DNA of 64,000 nt, from IMG/VR virus record IMGVR_UViG_3300042256_000013, positions 256,001 to 320,000 of that record; one strand, written 5' to 3'. The notes under the pieces are model-generated. The model ran no database searches. It was not told where the DNA came from and worked only from the letters and a program-made list of their open reading frames with translations. Source of the DNA: a virus. Lineage: Duplodnaviria > Heunggongvirae > Uroviricota > Caudoviricetes. This document shows, in pieces, positions 21,458-29,881 of this stretch (position 1 is the first letter of the stretch; the number at the start of each line of letters is the position of its first letter). A program made the translations under genes and the position numbers.

Positions 21458-21820
21458 TTAAATTCGATTACAGTTCTGAGTGAAATATCGTAAACGTGAT
21501 GCGTCGAATGGTCCAATCACCATAATCATAGATTGTGAACCTTCATCAATAAAGTTGATTGGTGCACCTTCTAAGTTACAGTGGAATTCAATTTCTGATA
21601 GTAAATCAGAGTCTGACGCAACATACAAATGTTGTTCATATCCATTTTCTACCCATTCAGAGAAATCTTTCTTGAACATTTTATGTTCGTTATCGCCTAC
21701 ATATTGAGTACGCGTTGGGTCGAACTGGTTCATAATTTCCATACCAGCACGTACTGACAATTTAACTAAATCCATTGGTGATTGTCCTTCGACAATCACA
21801 ATTGCTTGATATACACTCAT
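21458..21820 (-). CDS. Peptidyl-tRNA hydrolase type 2 (PTH2)-like protein, degenerate
   Basis: Overall pattern (QAIVI, W.ENG, I.DEG, VIGP, FT..C) matches the PTH2 fold, but the GKxAAQ and DAGRT motifs are not conserved. Confidence 0.5.
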   Translation of the reverse strand: MSVYQAIVIVEGQSPMDLVKLSVRAGMEIMNQFDPTRTQYVGDNEHKMFKKDFSEWVENGYEQHLYVASDSDLLSEIEFHCNLEGAPINFIDEGSQSMIMVIGPFDASRLRYFTQNCNRI

Positions 21821-21829
21821 ATAGTACCG

Positions 21830-22150
21830 TTAGATAATGATTTTATTGTCTGGAACGATCAGCTTAGGTGCATTTTTATCTTCTTCATGAGACTCAAGTG
21901 CACTTATATATGCATCTTTAATATATGCTGCTGGTTCGTTAACTGAAACGATATTGTACTTCATGAAGATAGTATTTTCATCAAGTTCGATGATACCTTC
22001 TAGATAATCACGAATTACCATTTGACCTTCTTCATCAAGTCCGAACTGACATGGGTTACGAACCACAATTGCGTCAGTTACATCATCTTGAATAGTACCG
22101 ATAATTGGACCAATACCGTTAATAAAAATTAGTTTTACATTGCTTGACAT
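21830..22150 (-). CDS. Hypothetical protein (possible Sm-like fold)
   Basis: 106 aa ORF with a beta-rich N-terminus and an LIVP C-terminal tail. Confidence 0.5.
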   Translation of the reverse strand: MSSNVKLIFINGIGPIIGTIQDDVTDAIVVRNPCQFGLDEEGQMVIRDYLEGIIELDENTIFMKYNIVSVNEPAAYIKDAYISALESHEEDKNAPKLIVPDNKIII

Positions 22151-22179
22151 AATACTTCCTTGTATTTGTGTGATTGAAC

Positions 22180-22677
22180 TTATTTAAGTTCGTAGAGATT
22201 CTTTGTTGCGTGTGTTACACGATAATCGATTATTTCAGAAATTACATTCCAACATCCACCACCTAAATCTGAACCGATTTTTGGAAAATGCATATGTACT
22301 TCTTCAATACCCGATAATTCTTTCATTATTTTAGCTGAATTGTCAAGTTCTAAAAAGATCTTGTCAATCGCATCATAGCTGACATATTTAGAACCATCAC
22401 GACCATAAAATTCTTGGGTGATAGTATTACAAATGATAATATCAGTTTCAGCAGCATGATAGATAACCGTACCAACATCTAAATGGTGATTACCTTTTTC
22501 ATACGCTACGATATAATCATCATAGGCACTTGGAAAACGTTCACGTAGTTCTTTTGCAAAACCAGAACCCATACGCCCCTGAGCATTACATCCGTGGATG
22601 ATATAGTGTACATCACTTTCCCAACGTTGACCATTGAGTACTAGGTCAAATAAATTTCCTACATGTGTATTAATCAT
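22180..22677 (-). CDS. Macro domain (ADP-ribose processing) protein
   Basis: GNLF, HGCNAQGRMGSGFA, TQEFYG and FPKIGSDLGGGCW motifs. Confidence 0.9.
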   Translation of the reverse strand: MINTHVGNLFDLVLNGQRWESDVHYIIHGCNAQGRMGSGFAKELRERFPSAYDDYIVAYEKGNHHLDVGTVIYHAAETDIIICNTITQEFYGRDGSKYVSYDAIDKIFLELDNSAKIMKELSGIEEVHMHFPKIGSDLGGGCWNVISEIIDYRVTHATKNLYELK

Positions 22678-22691
22678 AAATGCCTCAATTG

Positions 22692-22718
22692 AAAAAAGGG
22701 AACCCGAAGGTTCCCTTT
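22692..22718 (-). terminator. Rho-independent terminator with UUCG loop
   Basis: Minus strand reads AAAGGGAACC-TTCG-GGTTCCC-T6. Confidence 0.85.
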
Positions 22719-22721
22719 AAA

Positions 22722-23009
22722 TTATTCTAATCCGAAACGGATTCGCTTTGTCTCTTTACGATGCTTTCTTGCAATATCACTTTGGTAAAGTCGGGTGCCT
22801 CGTTTATTATCTTTCGATAAGTACCATGTATCTTCCGGTACATCAAAATCACAATATCCGTCTTCTGTAATTGTTCCTAGAAACGCTGATTTCTTAGGAA
22901 TACTTATAGATGATTTAACACTTTCAAAAATGCCTTTCGCTAATTTTTCACGATAACTGAGCATAATTAATCTCCCAAATTGTAATACGAAGGAATCTGT
23001 TTCCTTCAT
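22722..23009 (-). CDS. Hypothetical protein
   Basis: 95 aa ORF in operon. Confidence 0.55.
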   Translation of the reverse strand: MKETDSFVLQFGRLIMLSYREKLAKGIFESVKSSISIPKKSAFLGTITEDGYCDFDVPEDTWYLSKDNKRGTRLYQSDIARKHRKETKRIRFGLE

Positions 23010-23015
23010 CAGTAT

Positions 23016-23357
23016 TTAGGGCTGGTCAAGATGCTTATCAATGAATTCAATAACATCCTTCGGTGTACATACTGATAATACCTTTCCAAGTACTTCATCG
23101 TATACTTCGCGATTTTCGCGATAGTTTTTCACCAGTTCTTTATGCTTAAGTACTGCATCTGGTGTTGGAAGTGTAGGTGTATATTCTACTCCTAAACTTT
23201 CTGCTAATTCTTTCACTTTTTGTAAACGTGCAGCGTGGCGTTCTTGCATTTCACGAATATTACGTTCACCTAAAGTAAAGTGAGACATATTAACTTTATA
23301 ACGAGTATCTTCATCTAAGATATATGCGTTAATTGAAGTGGAATCCTCGCGTTTCAT
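23016..23357 (-). CDS. Hypothetical protein
   Basis: 113 aa ORF in operon. Confidence 0.65.
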   Translation of the reverse strand: MKREDSTSINAYILDEDTRYKVNMSHFTLGERNIREMQERHAARLQKVKELAESLGVEYTPTLPTPDAVLKHKELVKNYRENREVYDEVLGKVLSVCTPKDVIEFIDKHLDQP

Positions 23358-23358
23358 C

Positions 23359-23772
23359 TTACGCTCCTAACTGGCTGAATAGAGTATTTGCATCTTTACC
23401 ATTATACTGACCATCATAGTTAGCTTTCAGGTAAGGGAACATATTTTTCTTTTCTGCCATAGCTGGTTCAGCGGCGATTGCGGCTTGCATAATAGCAAGT
23501 AGTTCGTCATTAGATAGTTGCTTAGGAAGGAGATCGATCAAAAGAACTTTTTCAGATTCCAGATCAGGTTGTTCAGTTTTAGCTACTGCTAAGGTTTCAT
23601 TTACACTTTCAAGTAGTTTCTTGATAATCTGAATTACATCAGTATCTGCCACTTCTTGAGAAGTAGTTTTACGCTGTACTTCAGCAATAATAACACCGAA
23701 AAGATTATACTTGACTCGGTTCTGACCGAGTGCTTGTTGACGTTCCGTTTGAATGGTCTGATAAAGACTCAT
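23359..23772 (-). CDS. GatB/YqeY domain protein
   Basis: All-helical, with E..LL..LLPKQLS..EL and G..NGK motifs of YqeY. Confidence 0.8.
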   Translation of the reverse strand: MSLYQTIQTERQQALGQNRVKYNLFGVIIAEVQRKTTSQEVADTDVIQIIKKLLESVNETLAVAKTEQPDLESEKVLLIDLLPKQLSNDELLAIMQAAIAAEPAMAEKKNMFPYLKANYDGQYNGKDANTLFSQLGA

Positions 23773-23773
23773 A

Positions 23774-24010
23774 TTATTCTCCTTTTAGAAAAGCTTCAAA
23801 CTTATCACATCCTCCAATGTACTGTTCATCTACGAAAATTTGTGGTACTGTCCGTACTGGAGTACCCACCACTTCTGCTAAATCAGCAGCACTTAGACCT
23901 TGTGCTTCAATATCAATAAATTCTAATTCAAACCCATTCATTTCACAAATGAGTTTAGCACGATCACAAAACTTACATCCTTGTGCTCGACCATACATTT
24001 TTACATTCAT
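23774..24010 (-). CDS. Glutaredoxin
   Basis: CKFC active site and RTVPQIFVD..YIGG. Confidence 0.92.
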   Translation of the reverse strand: MNVKMYGRAQGCKFCDRAKLICEMNGFELEFIDIEAQGLSAADLAEVVGTPVRTVPQIFVDEQYIGGCDKFEAFLKGE

Positions 24011-24028
24011 AATATTCCCTTATTATGT

Positions 24029-24466
24029 TTATTTCTTAATACTACTATTTTCCATGAATTGTGTGACAGCCTTTATAATACTATTACACATACGCTCAGT
24101 CAGGTAGTTCTGACATTCTTCTACGTCAATATATTTGAACCTATCTAATTCAGGTTTCTCTTGTCCATAGCGATTCGTATATGTACTAAGGCATTCCAAC
24201 TCGTTAATCTCTGGTTTTTCGGAAGATGTATAAAAGAATAATACCAGACGTTTCCCTTTGCGATAGGCAACTTCACCTATCAGCAAAAGGTCGTCTTCGG
24301 ATATTTCATATCCGGTTTCTTCGTAACATTCTCGTACTGCGGCTTCTTTATAGGTTTCACCTTCTTCAGCTTTACCTTTAGGAAGATCCCAATGAGATTG
24401 TCCAGTCGTATGACCTATAAGTATCTGACCGTCGCGGTAAAAAATTATCCCACATGTATAACGCAT
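24029..24466 (-). CDS. Nudix hydrolase
   Basis: Nudix box GKAEEGETYKEAAVRECYEETG. Confidence 0.92.
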   Translation of the reverse strand: MRYTCGIIFYRDGQILIGHTTGQSHWDLPKGKAEEGETYKEAAVRECYEETGYEISEDDLLLIGEVAYRKGKRLVLFFYTSSEKPEINELECLSTYTNRYGQEKPELDRFKYIDVEECQNYLTERMCNSIIKAVTQFMENSSIKK

Positions 24467-24499
24467 ATGAATTTCCTACTAAAATTATCAGATACCTAT

Positions 24500-24528
24500 A
24501 ATATACCACAATTTTCAGCACCGTTCCA
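24500..24528 (-). promoter_or_regulatory. Phage promoter class (copy 3, variant TGGAAC-N17-TATATT)
   Basis: Minus strand reads TGGAAC ggtgctgaaaat TGTGG TATATT, upstream of the Nudix gene. Confidence 0.65.
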
Positions 24529-24531
24529 AAA

Positions 24532-25647
24532 TTATGCGAACATCTTTTTGATCTCGGTAGTCTGGATACCCTTAACATGGTTACGAATATCCTTAGCTTC
24601 CAATTTTCCAGTTTTTACCATTTCTTCAATGTCGCCAACTGGTGCATCGGTAAAGCGATCAAATACCTTCACAATAAGGTCTTCGAGTTCATTATCCATC
24701 TCACGACGAATTAAGAAGTACTCAGTGACTTTGTAAAGGAATTCTTCACCACCGTTATTTTTGATGTTCATAGTACTGAACAGTTCTACCATTTCTTCCG
24801 GTTTCTTTTTACGGAATTTAAGTAGATTTTCAGAATGAGTTTTAATGAAGTTACTGAACTTCACAAAACGTGCTGGTAGTTTAATACCACCAACAACATA
24901 ATCTTTATTTGGTGTTAACTTAGAAAGAATAACAGACCAAATAAACTCGTCACGGTGCGAATCTGAGCTTGTATTTACAATTTGATCGATCAGTTCCAGT
25001 TCTTTTTGAGTCGCCTCAAAACCAGGAAGCAATACAGTCAATGCACCAATGTCTTTCAGGTACTTCAGGAAGATGCTTGGCTTTGCTTCGCTGAATGCTT
25101 TCTCAAATTCAACATACACACGCTCTTTAGTCAGATGATTGATTTCACCATCTTTAACCATTTTGCGTACCATATCATCAGTACTTTTATGTACAGTGAA
25201 ATCCGCATAACGAGCTTTGAAACGTGCCAAACGCAGAACACGCAATGGATCTTCTTTGAATGCATCAGATACATGACGCAGTACCTTGTTTTGAAGATCT
25301 TCTTTGCCTTTGTATGGGTCAACATGGGTTTTAGTACCAATGTCCCAGGCAATAGCGTTGATAGTCAAATCTCGACGGAACAGATCTTGTTCTAATGTTA
25401 CACCCTGAGTTTCCACGGTGAAACCATCATAACCAGTACCAGTTTTACGTTCGATACGTGCCAATGCGTATTCGTCACCTTCAGGAGACAGAAATACAGG
25501 GAAATCAGCACCGACTTGTTTGTAACCCAGGCTTTTCAGGTATTCAATGTCTTTTGGTTTAGCACCGACCAGTACATAATCTTTATCTTTCGGCGTTAAA
25601 CCAAGAATACGATCACGACAATAGCCGCCAACAATATATTTTTTCAT
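24532..25647 (-). CDS. cca: tRNA nucleotidyltransferase (CCA-adding enzyme, class II)
   Basis: VGGYCRD, DKD, EYALARIERK, DLFRRDLTINAIA, EDPLRVLRLARF and ERV motifs. Confidence 0.95.
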   Translation of the reverse strand: MKKYIVGGYCRDRILGLTPKDKDYVLVGAKPKDIEYLKSLGYKQVGADFPVFLSPEGDEYALARIERKTGTGYDGFTVETQGVTLEQDLFRRDLTINAIAWDIGTKTHVDPYKGKEDLQNKVLRHVSDAFKEDPLRVLRLARFKARYADFTVHKSTDDMVRKMVKDGEINHLTKERVYVEFEKAFSEAKPSIFLKYLKDIGALTVLLPGFEATQKELELIDQIVNTSSDSHRDEFIWSVILSKLTPNKDYVVGGIKLPARFVKFSNFIKTHSENLLKFRKKKPEEMVELFSTMNIKNNGGEEFLYKVTEYFLIRREMDNELEDLIVKVFDRFTDAPVGDIEEMVKTGKLEAKDIRNHVKGIQTTEIKKMFA

Positions 25648-25650
25648 TGT

Positions 25651-26271
25651 TTACACCTTATTAATAGTTTCAGTGATAATGTTATTATCATAATCTGATT
25701 GTAAAATAATAATTCGTCGTAGTAACCCATCTATTACTGATGATACCACATTTGATTGATATTTTTCAATTAATTCTTCAAAATATTCTATTTTAGCAAG
25801 CTGCCATTTTTTATGTGCTTCTTCTGGAGTTGAAAAATTACCAAGTTTATTGCCTTTTCCATATTTTACAATTTCTGCAACAAATGGATTTTTACGTTCA
25901 TTTATCATTCCTTGTGATTTTTGTTTGTACCAAACACCTAAAGGATATGATGTATCTGAGCTTCGGTCAAGAATAGATTTATTCAATTCTTGTGGAATAA
26001 ATGCACAAGTTTCTGGAGAATAAATCATAGCAGAACCATCAATTAAATCTTTATCAAGAACGTATCCGTCATGCCAATTATCAATAGCCCATTTTTGGAA
26101 ATTTGAAAAATATTGCCATTCTTCACAAACAGTTGTTCCAATATAAGTTGGATGACGTTGTAATGAACGTTGCGAGTAACAACGTTCTATCATTCGTGAC
26201 CAATAACCATAGAAAATATTTTCGCGGGCTTTTCCAGGTTCACCATCATATATTCCAAATCCATGTACCAT
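25651..26271 (-). CDS. Free-standing HNH-type homing endonuclease-like protein
   Basis: YW..M..RCY, VCEEW..FSNF..W, LDKD, YSPETC.F.P..LN and a C-terminal LG.F.T.EEAH (AP2-like) pattern common to phage HNH proteins. Confidence 0.7.
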   Translation of the reverse strand: MVHGFGIYDGEPGKARENIFYGYWSRMIERCYSQRSLQRHPTYIGTTVCEEWQYFSNFQKWAIDNWHDGYVLDKDLIDGSAMIYSPETCAFIPQELNKSILDRSSDTSYPLGVWYKQKSQGMINERKNPFVAEIVKYGKGNKLGNFSTPEEAHKKWQLAKIEYFEELIEKYQSNVVSSVIDGLLRRIIILQSDYDNNIITETINKV

Positions 26272-26280
26272 TTTTATCTC

Positions 26281-26442
26281 TTATTCATTACAGAATCCAC
26301 CATAACCACGTTTAACTGGAGTTCCAATAACACGAGTTGGTGGAGGCTCAGGTGGTTTAGGTGGTGATATGTTTAAATCTTCTTTAACTAAATCCATCCA
26401 GAACGATGTATCAGTACTGTCAGGAGTTTTTCGTGTACTCAT
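26281..26442 (-). CDS. Small proline-rich protein (53 aa), missing from the ORF track
   Basis: Hand translation MSTRKTPDSTDTSFWMDLVKEDLNISPPKPPEPPPTRVIGTPVKRGYGGFCNE. AAGGTGA RBS; fills the gap between neighbours. Confidence 0.6.
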   Translation of the reverse strand: MSTRKTPDSTDTSFWMDLVKEDLNISPPKPPEPPPTRVIGTPVKRGYGGFCNE

Positions 26443-26453
26443 AATATCACCTT

Positions 26454-26687
26454 TCAGTCCAACGGTATAGACTTATTTTTAGTTTTGTGTAAAATATCAA
26501 TGTTGATTAATTCACCCCAAAACGTACAGTCACATTGAGTCTTTGGTTCTGGTTTTTCAGGTTTTTCAAATGGATTAAATGAATGTTTTTTGGAGTTAAC
26601 GTTAGAAGTTACATTTTTTAAGGGGAACGGTAATGTGCTTCGATAGTCAAAATCTAAACCCCAATCTTCTTCAAGTACTGCGATCAT
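26454..26687 (-). CDS. Hypothetical protein
   Basis: 77 aa ORF with a 4-bp overlap to the upstream gene. Confidence 0.55.
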   Translation of the reverse strand: MIAVLEEDWGLDFDYRSTLPFPLKNVTSNVNSKKHSFNPFEKPEKPEPKTQCDCTFWGELINIDILHKTKNKSIPLD

Positions 26688-27133
26688 GATAGTATGTCCT
26701 CAACAATTAAAGAACCCCAAAAAGTAATGCCAAGTTTACTTATTTGATTTCGAGCCATTTCTTTTTGTTTTTCTTCGAATACTTCACGTTTAGCTTCAAA
26801 TTGATTTTGTCTACGTTGTTTTAACTGAGTCGTTACTGAATACATATCTTGTGTACCAAAGTATTCTTCATACATTGCCATTTCTGAACTCCGCATTTGT
26901 CCTGAACGTAAAATCTTTTGAATAATTTCACGATAAACTTGTTCTGATGAATATGTAATATTCAAATAGGTACACATTATTTTATATTGATGATTTTCAT
27001 CAATGAAACGATATGATTGACGAATTTTCCCCAAATATACATGACATATACAAGTCTCTTGATAACTTAGATTAAATTCGAAACGAATTTCCATATCTCG
27101 AATACTAAAAACATCAGGCATATTATTCTCCAA
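26684..27133 (-). CDS. Hypothetical protein
   Basis: ~146-149 aa ORF. The likely start is the ATG at 27121 after GGAG. Confidence 0.6.
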   Translation of the reverse strand: MENNMPDVFSIRDMEIRFEFNLSYQETCICHVYLGKIRQSYRFIDENHQYKIMCTYLNITYSSEQVYREIIQKILRSGQMRSSEMAMYEEYFGTQDMYSVTTQLKQRRQNQFEAKREVFEEKQKEMARNQISKLGITFWGSLIVEDILS

Positions 27134-27209
27134 TTAAAATGAAAAAAGGACAGAGCATTTCTGCCTGTCCTTATAATGTAGCATATTTTTACTGTACAGT
27201 CAAGGAGTT

Positions 27210-27551
27210 TTATTCCTGATCCGTTTCGTCTTCAGCTTGAGTTCCAGTATCACGGTCGATATTGGTACGCTTGCCTTTTGCAGTACGGAATTGTGATTCC
27301 AGCTTAGCTACCATGAGGTCAATACCTTTATACAAGTCATCATCTACTGCCTGAGCATTGTAGTTGATACCTTCAAATGTGCCGTGCGAATGTACCTTGA
27401 AAGAAGAACCTTCTTTCGAATACGAAGTATGGAAATCAACATTCACCTCACCAGTGAATTTGTCCAACTTATTGAATGCATCAAAAGTATGATACTCCAA
27501 TTCTTCAGATGTTGCAATACGGTCATTGTAAGAAATTGTATGTTTGATCAT
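27210..27551 (-). CDS. Ribosome hibernation factor (HPF/RaiA, S30AE family)
   Basis: Size and the motif A.DDDLYKGIDLMVAKLESQ match the HPF/YfiA consensus. Confidence 0.8.
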   Translation of the reverse strand: MIKHTISYNDRIATSEELEYHTFDAFNKLDKFTGEVNVDFHTSYSKEGSSFKVHSHGTFEGINYNAQAVDDDLYKGIDLMVAKLESQFRTAKGKRTNIDRDTGTQAEDETDQE

Positions 27552-27577
27552 AAAAGTACTCCCTTATAATTGTACTG

Positions 27578-28519
27578 TTAAAGACTACTTAATAGCATAT
27601 CAACTCGGCCTGAGCCAACTTGATTGTACCATAAAGAATTCTTTATTTCTTTTTTGAACTTATGAGAATTACTATTTTCAACACTTTTCCAGAGTTTATT
27701 AAACCTTGAAAGTTTATCCGCACCCATAGTGTAAGTCATTTCATAAAGTACTCGCTGCTGGTCAATAGTTAAATCAACTGCACGTTTACGTTGAAGTAAT
27801 AGGACAAAATCATCCATTGTGCGTTTCATGTCTTCAATTAAGAGATTATGAGCTTGACCTTTTGTAATACCATTACGGTATTTTACAGCTTCTTTTTCGC
27901 CCTTTCCAATATAATGACCGTAACCTATTGTAAAATTACCAGTACTGTCACGATATGGATAGAACTTTCCATTTTTGAAAGATGGACCAACTTTACCGCC
28001 AAGTAAACGCCGTTTTAATACAGCTTGGGATTCACTTGTTCCTTCTGCTTTCTTGAGATGTTCGAGAATTTCTTCATCGTGAATACTGAATTTAAGTTCA
28101 ATATCAGGTAAAGTTACCTCTTTCAAATCTTCTGCATTAGGAAGGTCAAACAATGTACCAGGATGTATACCAACATCCCTATTAACCACTTTAAGTACTT
28201 TTACATACTCGTCAACTTCAACGTTTTGTGGTTTAATTTTGTTAGCAATAGTCCATAGACTATCACCACTCAGTACTTTGTATTGCTTTCTGCTATCAGT
28301 TGCTTCAGGTTGAACAGGTATCGTCTGAGCTACTGGCGGTTGCTTTTGAATTGTTAATTGTGGTTCTTGTTGTACCACTGCCACTGTAGTAGTGACTGAT
28401 GATGTAGTACGATCATGTGAGTTAAAACCTAATCCAAATGCAGCGGCAAGCAACAGAAAACCTACTATGATATATTTCAATCCAGCACGAGTCTTGAGTT
28501 CTTGTATCGCTTTATACAA
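27578..28519 (-). CDS. Membrane-anchored LysM plus T4-type lysozyme (endolysin or virion lysin)
   Basis: N-terminal hydrophobic segment, LysM (YKVLSGDSLWTIA), and muramidase motifs EG...YRDSTG.FTIGYGH and SLWYNQVG. Confidence 0.8.
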   Translation of the reverse strand: MYKAIQELKTRAGLKYIIVGFLLLAAAFGLGFNSHDRTTSSVTTTVAVVQQEPQLTIQKQPPVAQTIPVQPEATDSRKQYKVLSGDSLWTIANKIKPQNVEVDEYVKVLKVVNRDVGIHPGTLFDLPNAEDLKEVTLPDIELKFSIHDEEILEHLKKAEGTSESQAVLKRRLLGGKVGPSFKNGKFYPYRDSTGNFTIGYGHYIGKGEKEAVKYRNGITKGQAHNLLIEDMKRTMDDFVLLLQRKRAVDLTIDQQRVLYEMTYTMGADKLSRFNKLWKSVENSNSHKFKKEIKNSLWYNQVGSGRVDMLLSSL

Positions 28520-28631
28520 AATTCCTCCTTATACACATTTTGTTTGGACTCTATGCGAAATAAGGATAGGAATATGTTACGACCTTATTTGCACAAAGCC
28601 GCTTTTTGGACTTTCTACAATAGTACGAATA

Positions 28632-29210
28632 CTACTTCGAAGTTTTTTCTGTTCTCACAGCGAACAACCGTTCAATGTCATACATTGTAAGTTGTTTCTG
28701 CGAAGCTGTCAATGATATTGACCCTAATGTGTCAAGATCGCAGCTTTTAATTCCTACGCTCATAAATTCATCCAAGCACTGGAGTATATGAGGTGGAACG
28801 TATTCAACAAGTATAGAATGATATTTATCATCCGTCAAGGCAAAATTAAGCAAGGTTTGATCTACCTCACAAAATCCGTCCAGTACTGCCTGAGTAATTA
28901 TAGATTTAAACCACTCTTGATATTCAGGAACTTCAGGGTTAGATAATATTGTTGGTTCAATAGAATTCTGTACTGAAGTACTATATCCGATTACCAATTT
29001 AAGTTCATGTATCATGAATCTATTCAAATTTACATAGCGTTTATTTTTTATAATAATTTTCTGACAGTCATATAAGTATGCTAAAGCTGATGAATGTGTA
29101 TCAAAAACCTTTCCGTTAATGGAATTTACAACATCTCCATTAGCGGAAAGTATTTCTACAAATTGTCCAGTTTTTAGATCACGTATTTTGAAAACTGTAT
29201 CATTAATCAT
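28632..29210 (-). CDS. Hypothetical protein
   Basis: Start set at MINDTVF, overlapping the upstream stop. Confidence 0.6.
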   Translation of the reverse strand: MINDTVFKIRDLKTGQFVEILSANGDVVNSINGKVFDTHSSALAYLYDCQKIIIKNKRYVNLNRFMIHELKLVIGYSTSVQNSIEPTILSNPEVPEYQEWFKSIITQAVLDGFCEVDQTLLNFALTDDKYHSILVEYVPPHILQCLDEFMSVGIKSCDLDTLGSISLTASQKQLTMYDIERLFAVRTEKTSK

Positions 29211-29628
29211 AGTAAGTTCTACCAATTGTAATGTGGAAATCACGATACACTGGTAAACCTAACTCACGACGAATATCAGATAACTCTGGACATTCAAAGT
29301 TGATTACATAGAAACTTCCACCCTGTTTCTTATCCTTAACTTCTTTTACATTAGGATAGAATCGGAATTTGAATTTCTGTTTGTGATACTTTTTCCACAA
29401 ATGAATATGCTCATCATCTGGTTTTTCTCCACGAATAATACTTACGTGAGCACCCCATGCTGGCATTTCAAGTTGAATGTGTTTTTCAGTTCGAACAAAG
29501 TACTGATAGTATCGTACCAAATCGTTTGGTAATTGAAGTACGCACCAGTACTGAGTTCGAGATTTCATGTCTTTCCGGTCAGGGTCGTATTCAATATACC
29601 CTTCCAGTTCGATATATTCAGTAGTCAT
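29203..29628 (-). CDS. 2H phosphoesterase
   Basis: Two Hx(S/T) motifs, AHVSI and FHITI, about 70 aa apart. Start at MTTEY (GAGG RBS). Confidence 0.8.
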   Translation of the reverse strand: MTTEYIELEGYIEYDPDRKDMKSRTQYWCVLQLPNDLVRYYQYFVRTEKHIQLEMPAWGAHVSIIRGEKPDDEHIHLWKKYHKQKFKFRFYPNVKEVKDKKQGGSFYVINFECPELSDIRRELGLPVYRDFHITIGRTYYD

Positions 29629-29683
29629 GATGCACCTCAAGTTAATTAAAATCAGTGTAGCACATCAGGTCTAAGCGGTCAAA

Positions 29684-29824
29684 TTAAAGACCGAAGATTT
29701 TTGCTACAGATAGAACAAACCCAGCAGCTACGATAGTGCCAAGTGTTGTGATGATTGGGTTAACGGCGAATGATGTTTTGTACATCATTACTAAGCCTAA
29801 GAAGTGATTTCGGATAGTTTTCAT
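29684..29824 (-). CDS. Small membrane protein (46 aa), missing from the ORF track
   Basis: Hand translation MKTIRNHFLGLVMMYKTSFAVNPIITTLGTIVAAGFVLSVAKIFGL, with an AAGGA RBS. Confidence 0.65.
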   Translation of the reverse strand: MKTIRNHFLGLVMMYKTSFAVNPIITTLGTIVAAGFVLSVAKIFGL

Positions 29825-29842
29825 ATTAATTCCTTTTAAATG

Positions 29843-29868
29843 AAAAAGCCCCACCGAAGTGAGGCTTT
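29843..29868 (-). terminator. Rho-independent terminator with UUCG loop
   Basis: Minus strand reads AAAGCCTCAC-TTCG-GTGGGGC-T5. Confidence 0.85.
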
Positions 29869-29881
29869 GTAGTACTGGCTA

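Noticed and set aside
25651-26271. Absence of AGTACT in the HNH gene as evidence of recent acquisition
   Set aside because: About two sites would be expected in 620 bp, and longer site-free gaps occur in core genes (e.g. 4736-6925), so it is not significant.
29641-29881. Y RNA next to the Ro-like gene
   Set aside because: The gap is explained by a terminator, a 46 aa ORF and a promoter; no tRNA-like domain seen.
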